62,118 bases of DNA from Bacteroidales bacterium UBA3764 (GTDB lineage Bacteria > Bacteroidota > Bacteroidia > Bacteroidales > UBA932), in contig DFFY01000056.1 in the NCBI GenBank assembly GCA_002371115.1, forward strand, positions 1 through 62,118, read 5' to 3'. Numbering within the stretch: position 1 is the stretch's first letter; each line of letters begins with the position of its first letter. The notes under the pieces were generated by a model that ran no database searches, was not told the DNA's origin, and was given only the letters and a program-made list of their open reading frames with translations. Shown piece by piece: positions 16,525 to 25,501 of this stretch. The translations under genes were made by a program, and so were the position numbers.

Positions 16525-18320
16525 TTCTTAGGAACCATATATCTGACATTACGTTTCTTGTTAGGATCTTCCGGAACGAGACGGCCTTGTTCAACCAAAA
16601 CAAGAATGTATCGATGGATATTCTTGGACTGGTATGAAACATCCAGATAATCAAGAATCTCTTTGGCAGAATGTGCCTCTTTATCACAAAAATCAAGCAC
16701 CATCTGACGCCGCCGTTCAATATCTCTAAATGTTAATTTTCCCGGTCCGTTAATGTTACTTAAGTCGCCGTTAGTGTTACTTGGCACCTCGTTAATGATA
16801 CTTAAGTCGCCGTTAGTGTTACTTACAGGGACGGAAGTAACACTATAAGTGGTTCCACGTCCTCGTCCGGCAGAAACCAAATAACCAAGATTCGTCAAAT
16901 GGAAAAGTATCCGTCCTACCTCAAAGACATTCTTATCCAGCAAAGTCTGGATCCTGGGGCTATTGATTTCTTCTTCAAGATACGCAGTCACTAGAACAGC
17001 TTGCTCGTCTGAAGACAACCCATCGAATTTATCCCCAAACAAGTGTCGCATATACTCAATTGCTTCCGGAGGGAATAGCGACACCATCCAAAGCTTTAAG
17101 TCCACTTGCCTCAGGTCAAAGTCCTCCTGCAAGTCAGGGCGCTTCCATTTCTCGTCTTTCCAAGCAGAAAGAATCGTAGGGAACCCGGAGCCCAAATTGT
17201 CCCCAAGTCCAATCATCCTGAACAGGTTTTGCAAGCGCGGATTTCTGGCTTTGGTTGCTCCGCCGTGATAAATTCTCTCCAACGGAAGCTTGAGCGTACC
17301 CGGATTGGAGAATGTTAAGCAGTGGTCCTGTTTCACAACCTTAAACACTCCGGTAATCATTAGGTCAGAGTGGATAATCATATTGGTAAATGCCTCACGT
17401 ACAGCCTTATGCACAGGTGTGTCATCCTCTCTTTCAACGCCCTTGAGCACGAAGGGGGTTTTGATGTCGAAGGTGATTTTGGGAACAACGATGGAGAAAT
17501 AATTATAGAGGTTGTTTTCCCATCGGCCATCGTATGTGAGACGGTCGCTATACCGGCTTCCGGGTAGAAGATTTGTTTGGTCTACATAATCCAACCTGAT
17601 CTGGGACATTCTTTCCCGAACCGGAAGGCCCTTACCGAACATCATGAGGCCGGCGACGGTGAGCCACTCTTTCCCAGTGTTCCTGTCTATGCCAAAACAT
17701 CCGAAGTTTCTCAGGAAAGTAATGTCATCATCGGAATTCCATACGTGGCCGGGATGCCTGCTCTGGAAACGGTTCCTGTATCCGTGAACCGACGCCATGT
17801 CAATATCATCAATGGTGTAATGCTCCAGCACAACCCCATCATTACCATCTTCGTTGGCGTCACGAATCATCGCCCTGATTTCAGATTCCGGGCAATGATA
17901 GTCTCCCTCAAAATTACGCTTGAACGTACCTTTGAAGGGATTCCCATTGATATAGACCGGCTTGTTAAGATAACCGGCCTGAGGGATAATGATGACGACT
18001 ACTTTCGCGCCATCTACTTCATCTTCATAGACGTCGTCATCCTTCAGGACATTGACATTGACCTTGTCGCTATAGATCGTATCCCAAAACTCCTTGATAA
18101 TCTTAGCGGAATTACGAACGCCATTGATAGTGAAACGCTTGCTCCAGTCGGGCTCCTCCAAATCCTCATCAATTCCAAGAAGCATAACACCACCCACCGT
18201 ATTGCAGAAAGAGGAGTATGTGGGCCATACAGCATTTGGCAAGGCATTCTTTGCAGCCTTGCATTCCAGCGTAAGGCGCTCACCATACAGCAGCAGTTCT
18301 TTTATGTTCACTCGACCCAT
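16521..18320 (-). CDS. Schlafen/AlbA_2 + HATPase_c_4 + wHTH protein
   Basis: E...LECKAA...LP..VWPTYSSFCNT.GG.MLLGI (AlbA_2), AVREAFTNMIIHSD, FSNPG, RNP.LQNLF..IGL.DNLGSG, GRGRGTTY. Alternative TTG start at 18347. Confidence 0.85.
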   Translation of the reverse strand: MGRVNIKELLLYGERLTLECKAAKNALPNAVWPTYSSFCNTVGGVMLLGIDEDLEEPDWSKRFTINGVRNSAKIIKEFWDTIYSDKVNVNVLKDDDVYEDEVDGAKVVVIIIPQAGYLNKPVYINGNPFKGTFKRNFEGDYHCPESEIRAMIRDANEDGNDGVVLEHYTIDDIDMASVHGYRNRFQSRHPGHVWNSDDDITFLRNFGCFGIDRNTGKEWLTVAGLMMFGKGLPVRERMSQIRLDYVDQTNLLPGSRYSDRLTYDGRWENNLYNYFSIVVPKITFDIKTPFVLKGVEREDDTPVHKAVREAFTNMIIHSDLMITGVFKVVKQDHCLTFSNPGTLKLPLERIYHGGATKARNPRLQNLFRMIGLGDNLGSGFPTILSAWKDEKWKRPDLQEDFDLRQVDLKLWMVSLFPPEAIEYMRHLFGDKFDGLSSDEQAVLVTAYLEEEINSPRIQTLLDKNVFEVGRILFHLTNLGYLVSAGRGRGTTYSVTSVPVSNTNGDLSIINEVPSNTNGDLSNINGPGKLTFRDIERRRQMVLDFCDKEAHSAKEILDYLDVSYQSKNIHRYILVLVEQGRLVPEDPNKKRNVRYMVPKK

Positions 18321-18340
18321 ATCGACATTTATTTGCGAAG

Positions 18341-19765
18341 TTAGCAAAGTTTTTTCAACTCTTTCATCATTGACGGCCGACGGCTATACTTGACCTTAAA
18401 CTCTTCAATTAAGCCTATCACTGCGATTCTCCCTTCCTCACATGAATCTCTTAGCGCTTCCATATGGCTGACAATATAGCCATACCTTTGGCTATTCGTA
18501 GGAATGGCGCTCGTTCGGATAACATCTATATGCCCCATAACAATTCTTTGCCTGGTTTCTGCATCCAGCAGCCGGCCATACTCTGCCAAAGCTTTGTAGC
18601 ATTCATTGTTGTAGTCGTTATTCCATGACAAACACTCTGCCAATTGCGGAATCATCCGCTGCTCAGCGCAGATTCTTGCAATCTCTGTCTGATTGTGTAC
18701 AAGTTCTTTTTTGACCATTCCGACGATAGCGCCGTTAAGCCGACTTTGCGAGTTGCCAGGCAATCGTTCCAAAACCTGTTTCAATTCAAGATAGTTGTCA
18801 TAAACTGAGGTATAACTGTTCAAAAGCAAGTATTCAATTTCGTCTGCCAATCGTACGTCGTCCCCTATAGATTCCAACAGTTCCTTTCTTCTTTCATGAC
18901 AATCGTTTACATAAGAAGAATCCTCCGTACACAGGATAACACTGTCCAATGATGCAACAGCCTCTTCAATTTGGCCATTAAACACCTGAGAATCAATCCG
19001 TAATTTAGACAATTCCGGAACATTAAAGTTGTCATCTATTATCTTCTCGGCAGTGTCATACTTCTCCTTATAATTTAGGTATAAGACCTTCCTAAGCAGC
19101 CAGCGATTCCGATAATGAACACAACGTCCTGCATTATCAATACGTTCGTTTAACGAAGCTATATGCTTATCAAAATCATCGAAAACACCATCCAGGACAC
19201 TCTGGATTTCATCCAAATCGGCCAGGCAATACCCGCCATTCCGGAAGGTATCCGTGGCTGCCGCTTTTTTGATGTCACTTCTTATCCTCTTAACAGTATT
19301 GGTATCCAGCACCTTGGACTCAACCAGCGAAATCAACATTTCTATTGCATTCCTGGTCTCGAAGTCGTATCCGTCAAAGCGTTCACATTCATATACACAG
19401 TCCTCCGAATAATGCTCACCAACAAAAAGGACTATTTCAGATGCAATAGAAGCTGCCGCATCAAATTCGCCTTCGGAATCATAATAACGGGCCTTTTCCA
19501 TCATGCGATACAACTGTTCATCAATTTGATGCCAGTTCAATGAAGGTCCCAATTTATAGCCGCTCTCGTCGACCGAAAAGAAGATATCTTGAACTTCTTC
19601 TCTGAGGGAATCTATATCTATCCTATATGGCAGAAAACGCTTGATAAGAGCAGTCCCCAACGCCTGATTCTTATAGGCATAGTCTTTCATGAACGAGAAT
19701 ATATCGCCACTCTCATTCAAGTTGAAAACCTGGTCAAGTCTTGTTTTGTCCACGTCCGCTTTCAT
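18341..19765 (-). CDS. Hypothetical all-helical protein
   Basis: 474-aa low-GC ORF, ATGA-coupled to the upstream gene. C-terminal KYSRRPSMMKELKKL resembles the tails of Bacteroidetes SWIM-associated helical proteins. Confidence 0.7.
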   Translation of the reverse strand: MKADVDKTRLDQVFNLNESGDIFSFMKDYAYKNQALGTALIKRFLPYRIDIDSLREEVQDIFFSVDESGYKLGPSLNWHQIDEQLYRMMEKARYYDSEGEFDAAASIASEIVLFVGEHYSEDCVYECERFDGYDFETRNAIEMLISLVESKVLDTNTVKRIRSDIKKAAATDTFRNGGYCLADLDEIQSVLDGVFDDFDKHIASLNERIDNAGRCVHYRNRWLLRKVLYLNYKEKYDTAEKIIDDNFNVPELSKLRIDSQVFNGQIEEAVASLDSVILCTEDSSYVNDCHERRKELLESIGDDVRLADEIEYLLLNSYTSVYDNYLELKQVLERLPGNSQSRLNGAIVGMVKKELVHNQTEIARICAEQRMIPQLAECLSWNNDYNNECYKALAEYGRLLDAETRQRIVMGHIDVIRTSAIPTNSQRYGYIVSHMEALRDSCEEGRIAVIGLIEEFKVKYSRRPSMMKELKKLC

Positions 19766-20121
19766 CTGTTACGGATATCTAATAGAATTTCTTTCACCCG
19801 GAGCAACTCGCTTTTCATCGTCTCGTCACACACAGCAAGGTCTTCATCTGTCAGACTGCCCTCGGCAAGCAAGAAGGAAACAGTGTCGAGATACTTGCTT
19901 CCTGTAATCCCATCATATCTGTCTGCCAAATGTTTATCAAAGCTTTCTATAACCTTATATAACTCAATGTAACGTGCATGGTTTGGCTTTTCTACTTTAT
20001 CAAGCGGCTTTTGCGCCAGACAAGATACCTCATCAATGAGTGCCGCACAATCTCGCTCCAATGCGATATCAATTAAAGCTCTTGCGGTTTTTTTCTGATC
20101 TTTAGTAAGTGTATCAAGCAT
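19762..20121 (-). CDS. Hypothetical protein (119 aa)
   Basis: ATG 20121 lies just after the same post-integrase promoter-like sequence that precedes bro in the intact element. Confidence 0.7.
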   Translation of the reverse strand: MLDTLTKDQKKTARALIDIALERDCAALIDEVSCLAQKPLDKVEKPNHARYIELYKVIESFDKHLADRYDGITGSKYLDTVSFLLAEGSLTDEDLAVCDETMKSELLRVKEILLDIRNR

Positions 20122-20130
20122 AGTAGTCCT

Positions 20131-20232
20131 TTTTTCTGCGAATATACGCAATTATTCCAGCACATTCAAATCCTTGTCAACTTTGTAGGCGGGTTGACGG
20201 AAGGCCATGTCGCGGAGTGCGAAGTCTTCCCG
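20131..20232 (-). pseudogene. 3' remnant of a second integrase copy
   Basis: 75 bp identical to 14339-14413 (AFRQPAYKVDKDLNVLE* plus downstream), extending as REDFALRDM versus RDDFALRNI. Confidence 0.9.
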
Positions 20233-20590
20233 ACACTGGCCGCTAATCAATTGATACTCAGCAACATCCTGATAATCCTCGGCGCAAAAAGAGCCGAGGA
20301 ATAAGCGGAAACGACTGTTGGTCAACAACTTAGCCGCCAGCAAAAACGGCTGAAACAAAAAGCCGTACGACATCCCGGCGATGCTTGCAGTTTGACACAG
20401 GGTTTTCACCCCGGACCGATATATGCGCTTCGCGCAAGTCATGGACCTGCCGCTTTGGGTGGCGACCCTGCATTTTTGCCATTATAAACCCAATCAGCCA
20501 TTTTTTCCGAAAAGAACTTGGGCTTTGTCGAGGGCAAAGGCCCTCCGATTGTGGGGAAAAATCACTAACTTTGTAAATTGTGATAAAGCC
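20205..20590. repeat. 386-bp direct repeat, copy 1
   Basis: Near-identical to 22282-22667 (offset 2077). Confidence 0.95.
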
Positions 20591-20780
20591 CCGTCATATC
20601 ATTGCGTCTGCACTGCTGTTTTTGGCGGCAGGGACGGCGCGTGCACAGCAATGGTCCGGAAATGTGGATGTGTCTGGCGACGGCGTCCACAACTGGGAAT
20701 ACTGGCACGTCTCCCTCAGGATGGCTCTGCCGTTTGCCTCCAGGAATTTCGGCTGTCAGGCCGCATCCCAAGGGCAGTGA
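20580..20780 (+). pseudogene. Chimeric deletion scar: signal-peptide N-terminus fused to an esterase-like C-terminus
   Basis: MIKPRHIIASALLFLAAGTARAQQWSGNVDVSG joined to DGVHNWEYWHVSLRMALPF. TAACTTTG promoter just upstream. Confidence 0.5.
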
Positions 20781-20817
20781 GAACGAGATTTTAGACAAAT
20801 TTGCTTATTTTTGCAGT

Positions 20818-21024
20818 ATGAGCCAGAACGATAAAGACATACTCTACTTCGTTGCCTTCTGCTTGGAATCCTTCAAAAACAAGCATGGAATTAGCGGGAA
20901 AGAGGCTTCTGACCTATTTGACAAATACGGAGTAAAGCAGTACCTTGTCAAAAACTATGATGTGCTCCATACGCAAGGCATGCCTTGGATATTGGAAGAA
21001 ATTGATGAAATTTTAGGCTTATGA
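20818..21024 (+). CDS. DUF3791-like small protein
   Basis: FVAFCLESFK.KHGISGKEA..LF.KYGV.QYL.KNYDVLHTQG..WILEEI. Confidence 0.8.
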   Translation: MSQNDKDILYFVAFCLESFKNKHGISGKEASDLFDKYGVKQYLVKNYDVLHTQGMPWILEEIDEILGL

Positions 21025-21503
21025 TACTCTTTCACGGGAGTCTGCAAATTGTAAAGGCGCCAAGAATATTGGTTCCCACCAGAACATTGGACTATGGTCC
21101 TGGTTTTTATACCACCACATCCGAACAACAAGCCCGGGAGTGGGTTCTCAGGAAGCTTTCCGGTGCAGATGTCGGGCATATCAACGTCTATGATTTTGAC
21201 GAGCAGAAGGCATCGGGCTTGGACTGGCTTTCATTTAACAACCCGCCCGATGAAGACTGGGTAGATTTTGTGCATGCAAATCGTACACAACGAGGATTCA
21301 CCCATACGCACGATTTAGTCTATGGCCCTGTTGCCAATGATCGAGTTTACGCCGCCTTTGCCCTTTATGAGCAAGGTCTTCTTGGCAAGCAGGAGTTGAT
21401 TGCTGAACTGAAGACATACAAGCTTATAGACCAGATGCTTTTCCACTCCGAAAAAGCACTGCGCACATTGACATTTACACAAGCTAAGGAGGTCCGCTTA
21501 TGA
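21021..21503 (+). CDS. DUF3990-like protein (ADP-ribosyltransferase-like fold)
   Basis: MILFHGS, LDYGPGFYTT, W.DFV..NR, HDLVYGPVAND, DQMLFHSEKAL. Confidence 0.82.
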   Translation: MILFHGSLQIVKAPRILVPTRTLDYGPGFYTTTSEQQAREWVLRKLSGADVGHINVYDFDEQKASGLDWLSFNNPPDEDWVDFVHANRTQRGFTHTHDLVYGPVANDRVYAAFALYEQGLLGKQELIAELKTYKLIDQMLFHSEKALRTLTFTQAKEVRL

Positions 21504-21715
21504 GAGCCGAAATCACCCAGCAGAACCTATATTTGATTATTGCCGGAAAAGCAGCCGCAGTAGCCGCTTTCATAGCAGAAGACGAGAATATCGGTCTTGT
21601 AGACGCCCTGACTAAGTTCTATTCATCCGGCACATACAAACGCCTGGAACAAGAAAGCACCAAGTTGTGGCACTACGGACCTGTAGCCTTGTACCAGGAG
21701 TATCTGGCCGCATAG
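21500..21715 (+). CDS. DUF3791-like small protein
   Basis: DAL.KFY.S.TY..LE.ESTKLWH.GP..LY. Confidence 0.75.
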   Translation: MRAEITQQNLYLIIAGKAAAVAAFIAEDENIGLVDALTKFYSSGTYKRLEQESTKLWHYGPVALYQEYLAA

Positions 21716-21944
21716 TTGAAAGCACCCTAATCGGGCTCGCTGAAGAGAGCTTTCCTTGCGGCTGAAATTGCCTGTTCAGGACCCTGTCTCTCAAATCCAG
21801 TTTTTGCACATTCCCCATGCTTTCCCATTCGGACGATAGTATTTTTACCTTTTCATAGTCCTGAATTCCTTCCAATAAACGCTCGAAACGGACACTGCTA
21901 CAGCCATCGGGATAAACAAAAAAAGTTAACGTCGCGTACTGTTG

Positions 21945-22285
21945 ACCGGTATCCCCGGTCTATGGCCAGTTCCGGGTCCTGCATTTCGTCAATCCGCTCG
22001 CTGGCAACCTTAGCCATCCACTGTTTGAAGGGTTCAGCCTTAGGTGAGGGGATAGATTGAATAAGGCGGAAAAGTTGTTGCTGGTCTGCGACATCCGTTT
22101 GACGCATTTTGCCATCGGCGGCACGTAATTTCAAGGTACTACAAATTGTAGTAGGTTCATCAGCCCCTTCCTTTTTTAGCCTTACTTTGAGGACGCTCCA
22201 GTATCGTTTGGCGTCTTGGCTGTCCGTCAGAGCTTCAACCACATCAACAATGGAAAAACACCATTTTTCATCTTCTTCACTCCAT
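21945..22285 (-). pseudogene. Truncated Bro-N paralogue
   Basis: WSEEDEKWCFSIVDVV...KAEPFKQWMAKVASERIDEMQDPELAIDRGY, lacking the N-terminus and the C-terminal half of 13473-14327. Confidence 0.85.
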
Positions 22286-22667
22286 GTCGCGGAGGGCGAA
22301 GTCTTCCCGGCACTGGCCGATAACCCATTGATACTCAGTAACATCCTGATAATCCTCGGCGCAAAAAGAGCCGAGGAATAAGCGGAAACGACTGTTGGTC
22401 AACAACTTAGTAGCCAGCAAAAACGGCTGAAACAAAAAGCCGTACGACATCCCGGCGATGCTTGCAGTTTGACACAGGGTTTTCACCCCGGACCGAAATA
22501 TGCTTTTCGCGCAAGTCATGGACCTGCCGCTTTGGGTTGCAACCCTGCATTTTTGCCATTATAAACCCAATCAGCCATTTTTTCCGAAAAGAACTTGGGC
22601 TTTGTCGAGGGCAAAGGCCCTCCGATTGTGGGGAAAAATCACTAACTTTATAAATTGTGATAAAGCC
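22282..22667. repeat. 386-bp direct repeat, copy 2
   Basis: Near-identical to 20205-20590. Confidence 0.95.
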
Positions 22668-22788
22668 TCTGTCACCAAATAGTTTGTCCGACTTGACGGT
22701 CACTTTGCAGGAGCTTATCTTTTTCGCAGAAAATATTCAAGTTTTTACGTATTTTTGTGATTTGATGAACACAAATATCAGCGTAAGC

Positions 22789-25164
22789 ATGAAAAAGATT
22801 CTCCTGTTCCTTGTCTTGCTGGCCGGACACGCCACAGGCCTCTCCGCATGGGCTCAAAATAACCCTCAAGCGCAGCCGGACGCCATTGTAGTGGACGGAA
22901 ATGCCCGTTTCACCGTACTCACAGACCGCCTCATCCGTATGGAATGGGCAGAGGACGGTGTCTTTGAGGACCGGGCCTCGCTGGCCATCGTGAACCGGAA
23001 CCTTCCGGTGCCAAGGTTCATATCGACCCAAAAGAACGGGACGCTTACCATCAAAACCGGGAAGGTCACCCTTACCTACAAGGGCGGGCGTTTTGGGGCC
23101 GATAACCTTGAGGTGAGGTTCGGGATGGGCACCTGGAGGCCCGGCATGAAGGCCGACGGAAACCTCAAGGGAACCACCCGCACCCTGGACGGCTGCCTGG
23201 GCTTCGAGAAACTGTCGTATAAAGAAAGCGAGCTGGAGGACGGCATCCTTTCCCGCGACGGCTGGGCCCTGGTGGACGAGAGCACGAGACATCTGCTGGA
23301 AAAGGTGGATGCCCCGTGGGAGAACTGGGTGACCGACAGGCCCGAAGGAGACCGCATAGACTGGTATATCTTTGCCTACGGGCACGACTACACGGCGGCG
23401 CTCGGAGACTTTGTCAAAGTGGCCGGACGCATTCCGCTGCCGCCCAAATACACCCTTGGGTACTGGTGGAGCCGTTATTGGATTTATACGGACGACGAAA
23501 TCCTGGACCTGGGCCGCGAAATGCGTTCCCGGGGCATTCCCATGGATGTGATGATTGTGGACATGGACTGGCACTACACCTACAAGGACATGCAAAAGCG
23601 CCTGGGGAACGACGTCTTTGGCCAGCGCCGCGGCTGGACAGGCTACAGTTGGAACCGGGAACTGTTCCCGGACCCGGAAGGCTTCCTGCACGACCTTCAT
23701 GCCATGGGCTACAAGACCGCCCTGAACCTCCACCCCGCCTCCGGAATACGGGAGTATGAGGACTGCTATGACGCCTTTGTAAAGGACTACCTTGCCCGCA
23801 CGGCGGACTACGACGGTCCCCAGGACTATGTTTTTGGCGCCGAGCCTTACCGCTATGCCGGGAACGACAAGCCCGTGGGTCAGGAAGGGCATCGTGCCAG
23901 CGTCCCTTACCGCATGAGCCAGCAGGCCTGGGCCGATGCCTACTTTGGCAGCGTCATCCGTCCGCTGGAGCGCCAGGGCGTGGACTTCTGGTGGCTGGAC
24001 TGGCAACAGTGGATGGAATCCAAATACGTAAAAGGCCTCAGCAATACCTTCTGGGTAAACTATGCCTTCTTCCGTGACAAGGAAGTGAACGGAACGGAGC
24101 GCCCGTTTATCTATCACCGCTGGGGCGGCCTGGGCAGCCACCGCTATCAGCTGGGCTTCTCCGGGGACACGTACGACGAATGGAGCGTCCTGCAGTTCCT
24201 CCCCTACTTTACGGCAACGGCCTCCAACGTAGGGTACGGCTACTGGGGGCACGACATCGGCGGCCACATGCAGAAGAAAGACCACAAGCGGCTCACGGAC
24301 CCGGAAATGTACACCCGCTGGCTGCAGTTCGGGGTGTTCACGCCCATCTTCAAGACCCACTCCACCCAGAGCGCCAACCTGGAAAGAAAGATATGGGCCT
24401 ACCCGGACCACTATCCGTACATGCTGGACGCCATCCGGCTGCGCTACACCCTGTCGCCCTACATTTATACTTTCGCGCGCGAGACCACAGACACCGGCGT
24501 AAGCATGTGCCGGCCGCTTTACTATGCCTATCCGGAGGCGGATGAGGCCTATACCTATAATGAGGAATACCTCTTTGGCGACCGCATCCTGGCCACCGCC
24601 GTTTGCGAGCCAGCCGGAGCCGACGGCAAAGCCTCCCGCAAAGTATGGTTCCCCAAGGGCTGCAACTGGTACGACATGGCGCACCATGTCACTTATCGCG
24701 GAGGCAGCGTGAGAACGCTCAAATATGGCATCGACCAGAATCCCTGGTACGTGAAAGCCGGCAGCATTATCCCGCTGGCCGGAGAAAACATTGCCTCCCT
24801 CCAGGAAAAATCCAATGTCCTGGGGCTCCTGGTGGTTCCCGGCGCCGGAAAATCCGCTTTCGAGCTCTATGAGGATGACGGCCTGTCCCGGGACTATGAC
24901 AAGCGGAACGCCCGCACGCTCATTGAGAAAAACCGCTCCGGGAACAAGCTCACCGTTACCATTCATCCCCGCCGCGGCACCTTCGCCGACATGCCCGCCC
25001 AGCGGGAGATTTATCTCCTTCTTGAAGGGGTGGCGGCGCTGCCCAAGTCCGTCAGGTGCAACGGCGAAGCCGTGGGAAAATGCATGGTAGAAAGTTCCCG
25101 CCTGCGTATTGAGATGGGCCCTGTTCCGGCGGAAAAAAGCACGGTTATAGAGGTTTTGCTCTAA
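22789..25164 (+). CDS. Glycoside hydrolase family 31 (secreted)
   Basis: Signal peptide MKKILLF, LGYWWSRY, VDMDWH, GWTGYSWN..LFPDP, GVDFWWLDWQQ, FSGDT, WGHDIGG, LYEDDG. Confidence 0.92.
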   Translation: MKKILLFLVLLAGHATGLSAWAQNNPQAQPDAIVVDGNARFTVLTDRLIRMEWAEDGVFEDRASLAIVNRNLPVPRFISTQKNGTLTIKTGKVTLTYKGGRFGADNLEVRFGMGTWRPGMKADGNLKGTTRTLDGCLGFEKLSYKESELEDGILSRDGWALVDESTRHLLEKVDAPWENWVTDRPEGDRIDWYIFAYGHDYTAALGDFVKVAGRIPLPPKYTLGYWWSRYWIYTDDEILDLGREMRSRGIPMDVMIVDMDWHYTYKDMQKRLGNDVFGQRRGWTGYSWNRELFPDPEGFLHDLHAMGYKTALNLHPASGIREYEDCYDAFVKDYLARTADYDGPQDYVFGAEPYRYAGNDKPVGQEGHRASVPYRMSQQAWADAYFGSVIRPLERQGVDFWWLDWQQWMESKYVKGLSNTFWVNYAFFRDKEVNGTERPFIYHRWGGLGSHRYQLGFSGDTYDEWSVLQFLPYFTATASNVGYGYWGHDIGGHMQKKDHKRLTDPEMYTRWLQFGVFTPIFKTHSTQSANLERKIWAYPDHYPYMLDAIRLRYTLSPYIYTFARETTDTGVSMCRPLYYAYPEADEAYTYNEEYLFGDRILATAVCEPAGADGKASRKVWFPKGCNWYDMAHHVTYRGGSVRTLKYGIDQNPWYVKAGSIIPLAGENIASLQEKSNVLGLLVVPGAGKSAFELYEDDGLSRDYDKRNARTLIEKNRSGNKLTVTIHPRRGTFADMPAQREIYLLLEGVAALPKSVRCNGEAVGKCMVESSRLRIEMGPVPAEKSTVIEVLL

Positions 25165-25171
25165 AATAAGA

Positions 25172-25303
25172 CTTTAATTCGGGCCCTGGTCCGAGAACCC
25201 TGAAAAAGCCATTGCGCAAATGCGTAGTGGCTTTTTTGGCGTCTCCAGGACTTTAATTCGCAATCGCTGGCGCTCGCGTGTACATTATAGCCGACTATCT
25301 TTG
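25172..25303 (+). promoter_or_regulatory. Paired TTTAATT boxes and promoter of adhesin operon 1
   Basis: actttaattcg at 25171 and 25250, with TATCTTTG at 25296. Confidence 0.6.
25203..25237 (+). terminator. Rho-independent terminator after GH31
   Basis: aaaaagccattgcgca-aa-tgcgtagtggctttttt. Confidence 0.75.
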
Positions 25304-25366
25304 CGAAAGATGACACTGAACCCATCGGAAACTACAAACCCAGCATAACCCAAAATAACACATATT

Positions 25367-25489
25367 ATGAAGACACCTTACCAAGAACCCTCCGCGGAGG
25401 TCATCAGGGTGACAGTGGAGCAGGCCATCCTGGACGGAACCGCCCACTCAGCCACACTTGACTCCTGGGACGAAGAAGACATTGACTAA
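25367..25489 (+). CDS. 40-aa YxxP-motif small peptide
   Basis: MKTPYQEPSAEVIRVTVEQAILDGTAHSATLDSWDEEDID, with an A-rich initiation region. Below the ORF-track cutoff. Confidence 0.7.
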   Translation: MKTPYQEPSAEVIRVTVEQAILDGTAHSATLDSWDEEDID

Positions 25490-25501
25490 TACAACACTGC
25501 C

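Noticed and set aside
16748-16824. 42-bp tandem duplication in the AlbA_2 gene
   Set aside because: Low-complexity linker before the terminal HTH, common in this family. Too short to be an array.
20152-20794. ORFs of 60-120 aa within the 386-bp repeats (and 22277-22703)
   Set aside because: They cross remnant junctions and differ in start/stop between the copies. The region looks regulatory or scar-like.
22672-24966. Long antisense ORFs (also 116-952, 38986-41805, 42020-43663, 44545-46446, 48206-49786, 49507-51318, 57098-59134, 60923-62113)
   Set aside because: Shadow frames of GC-rich genes whose opposite strand has clear family motifs
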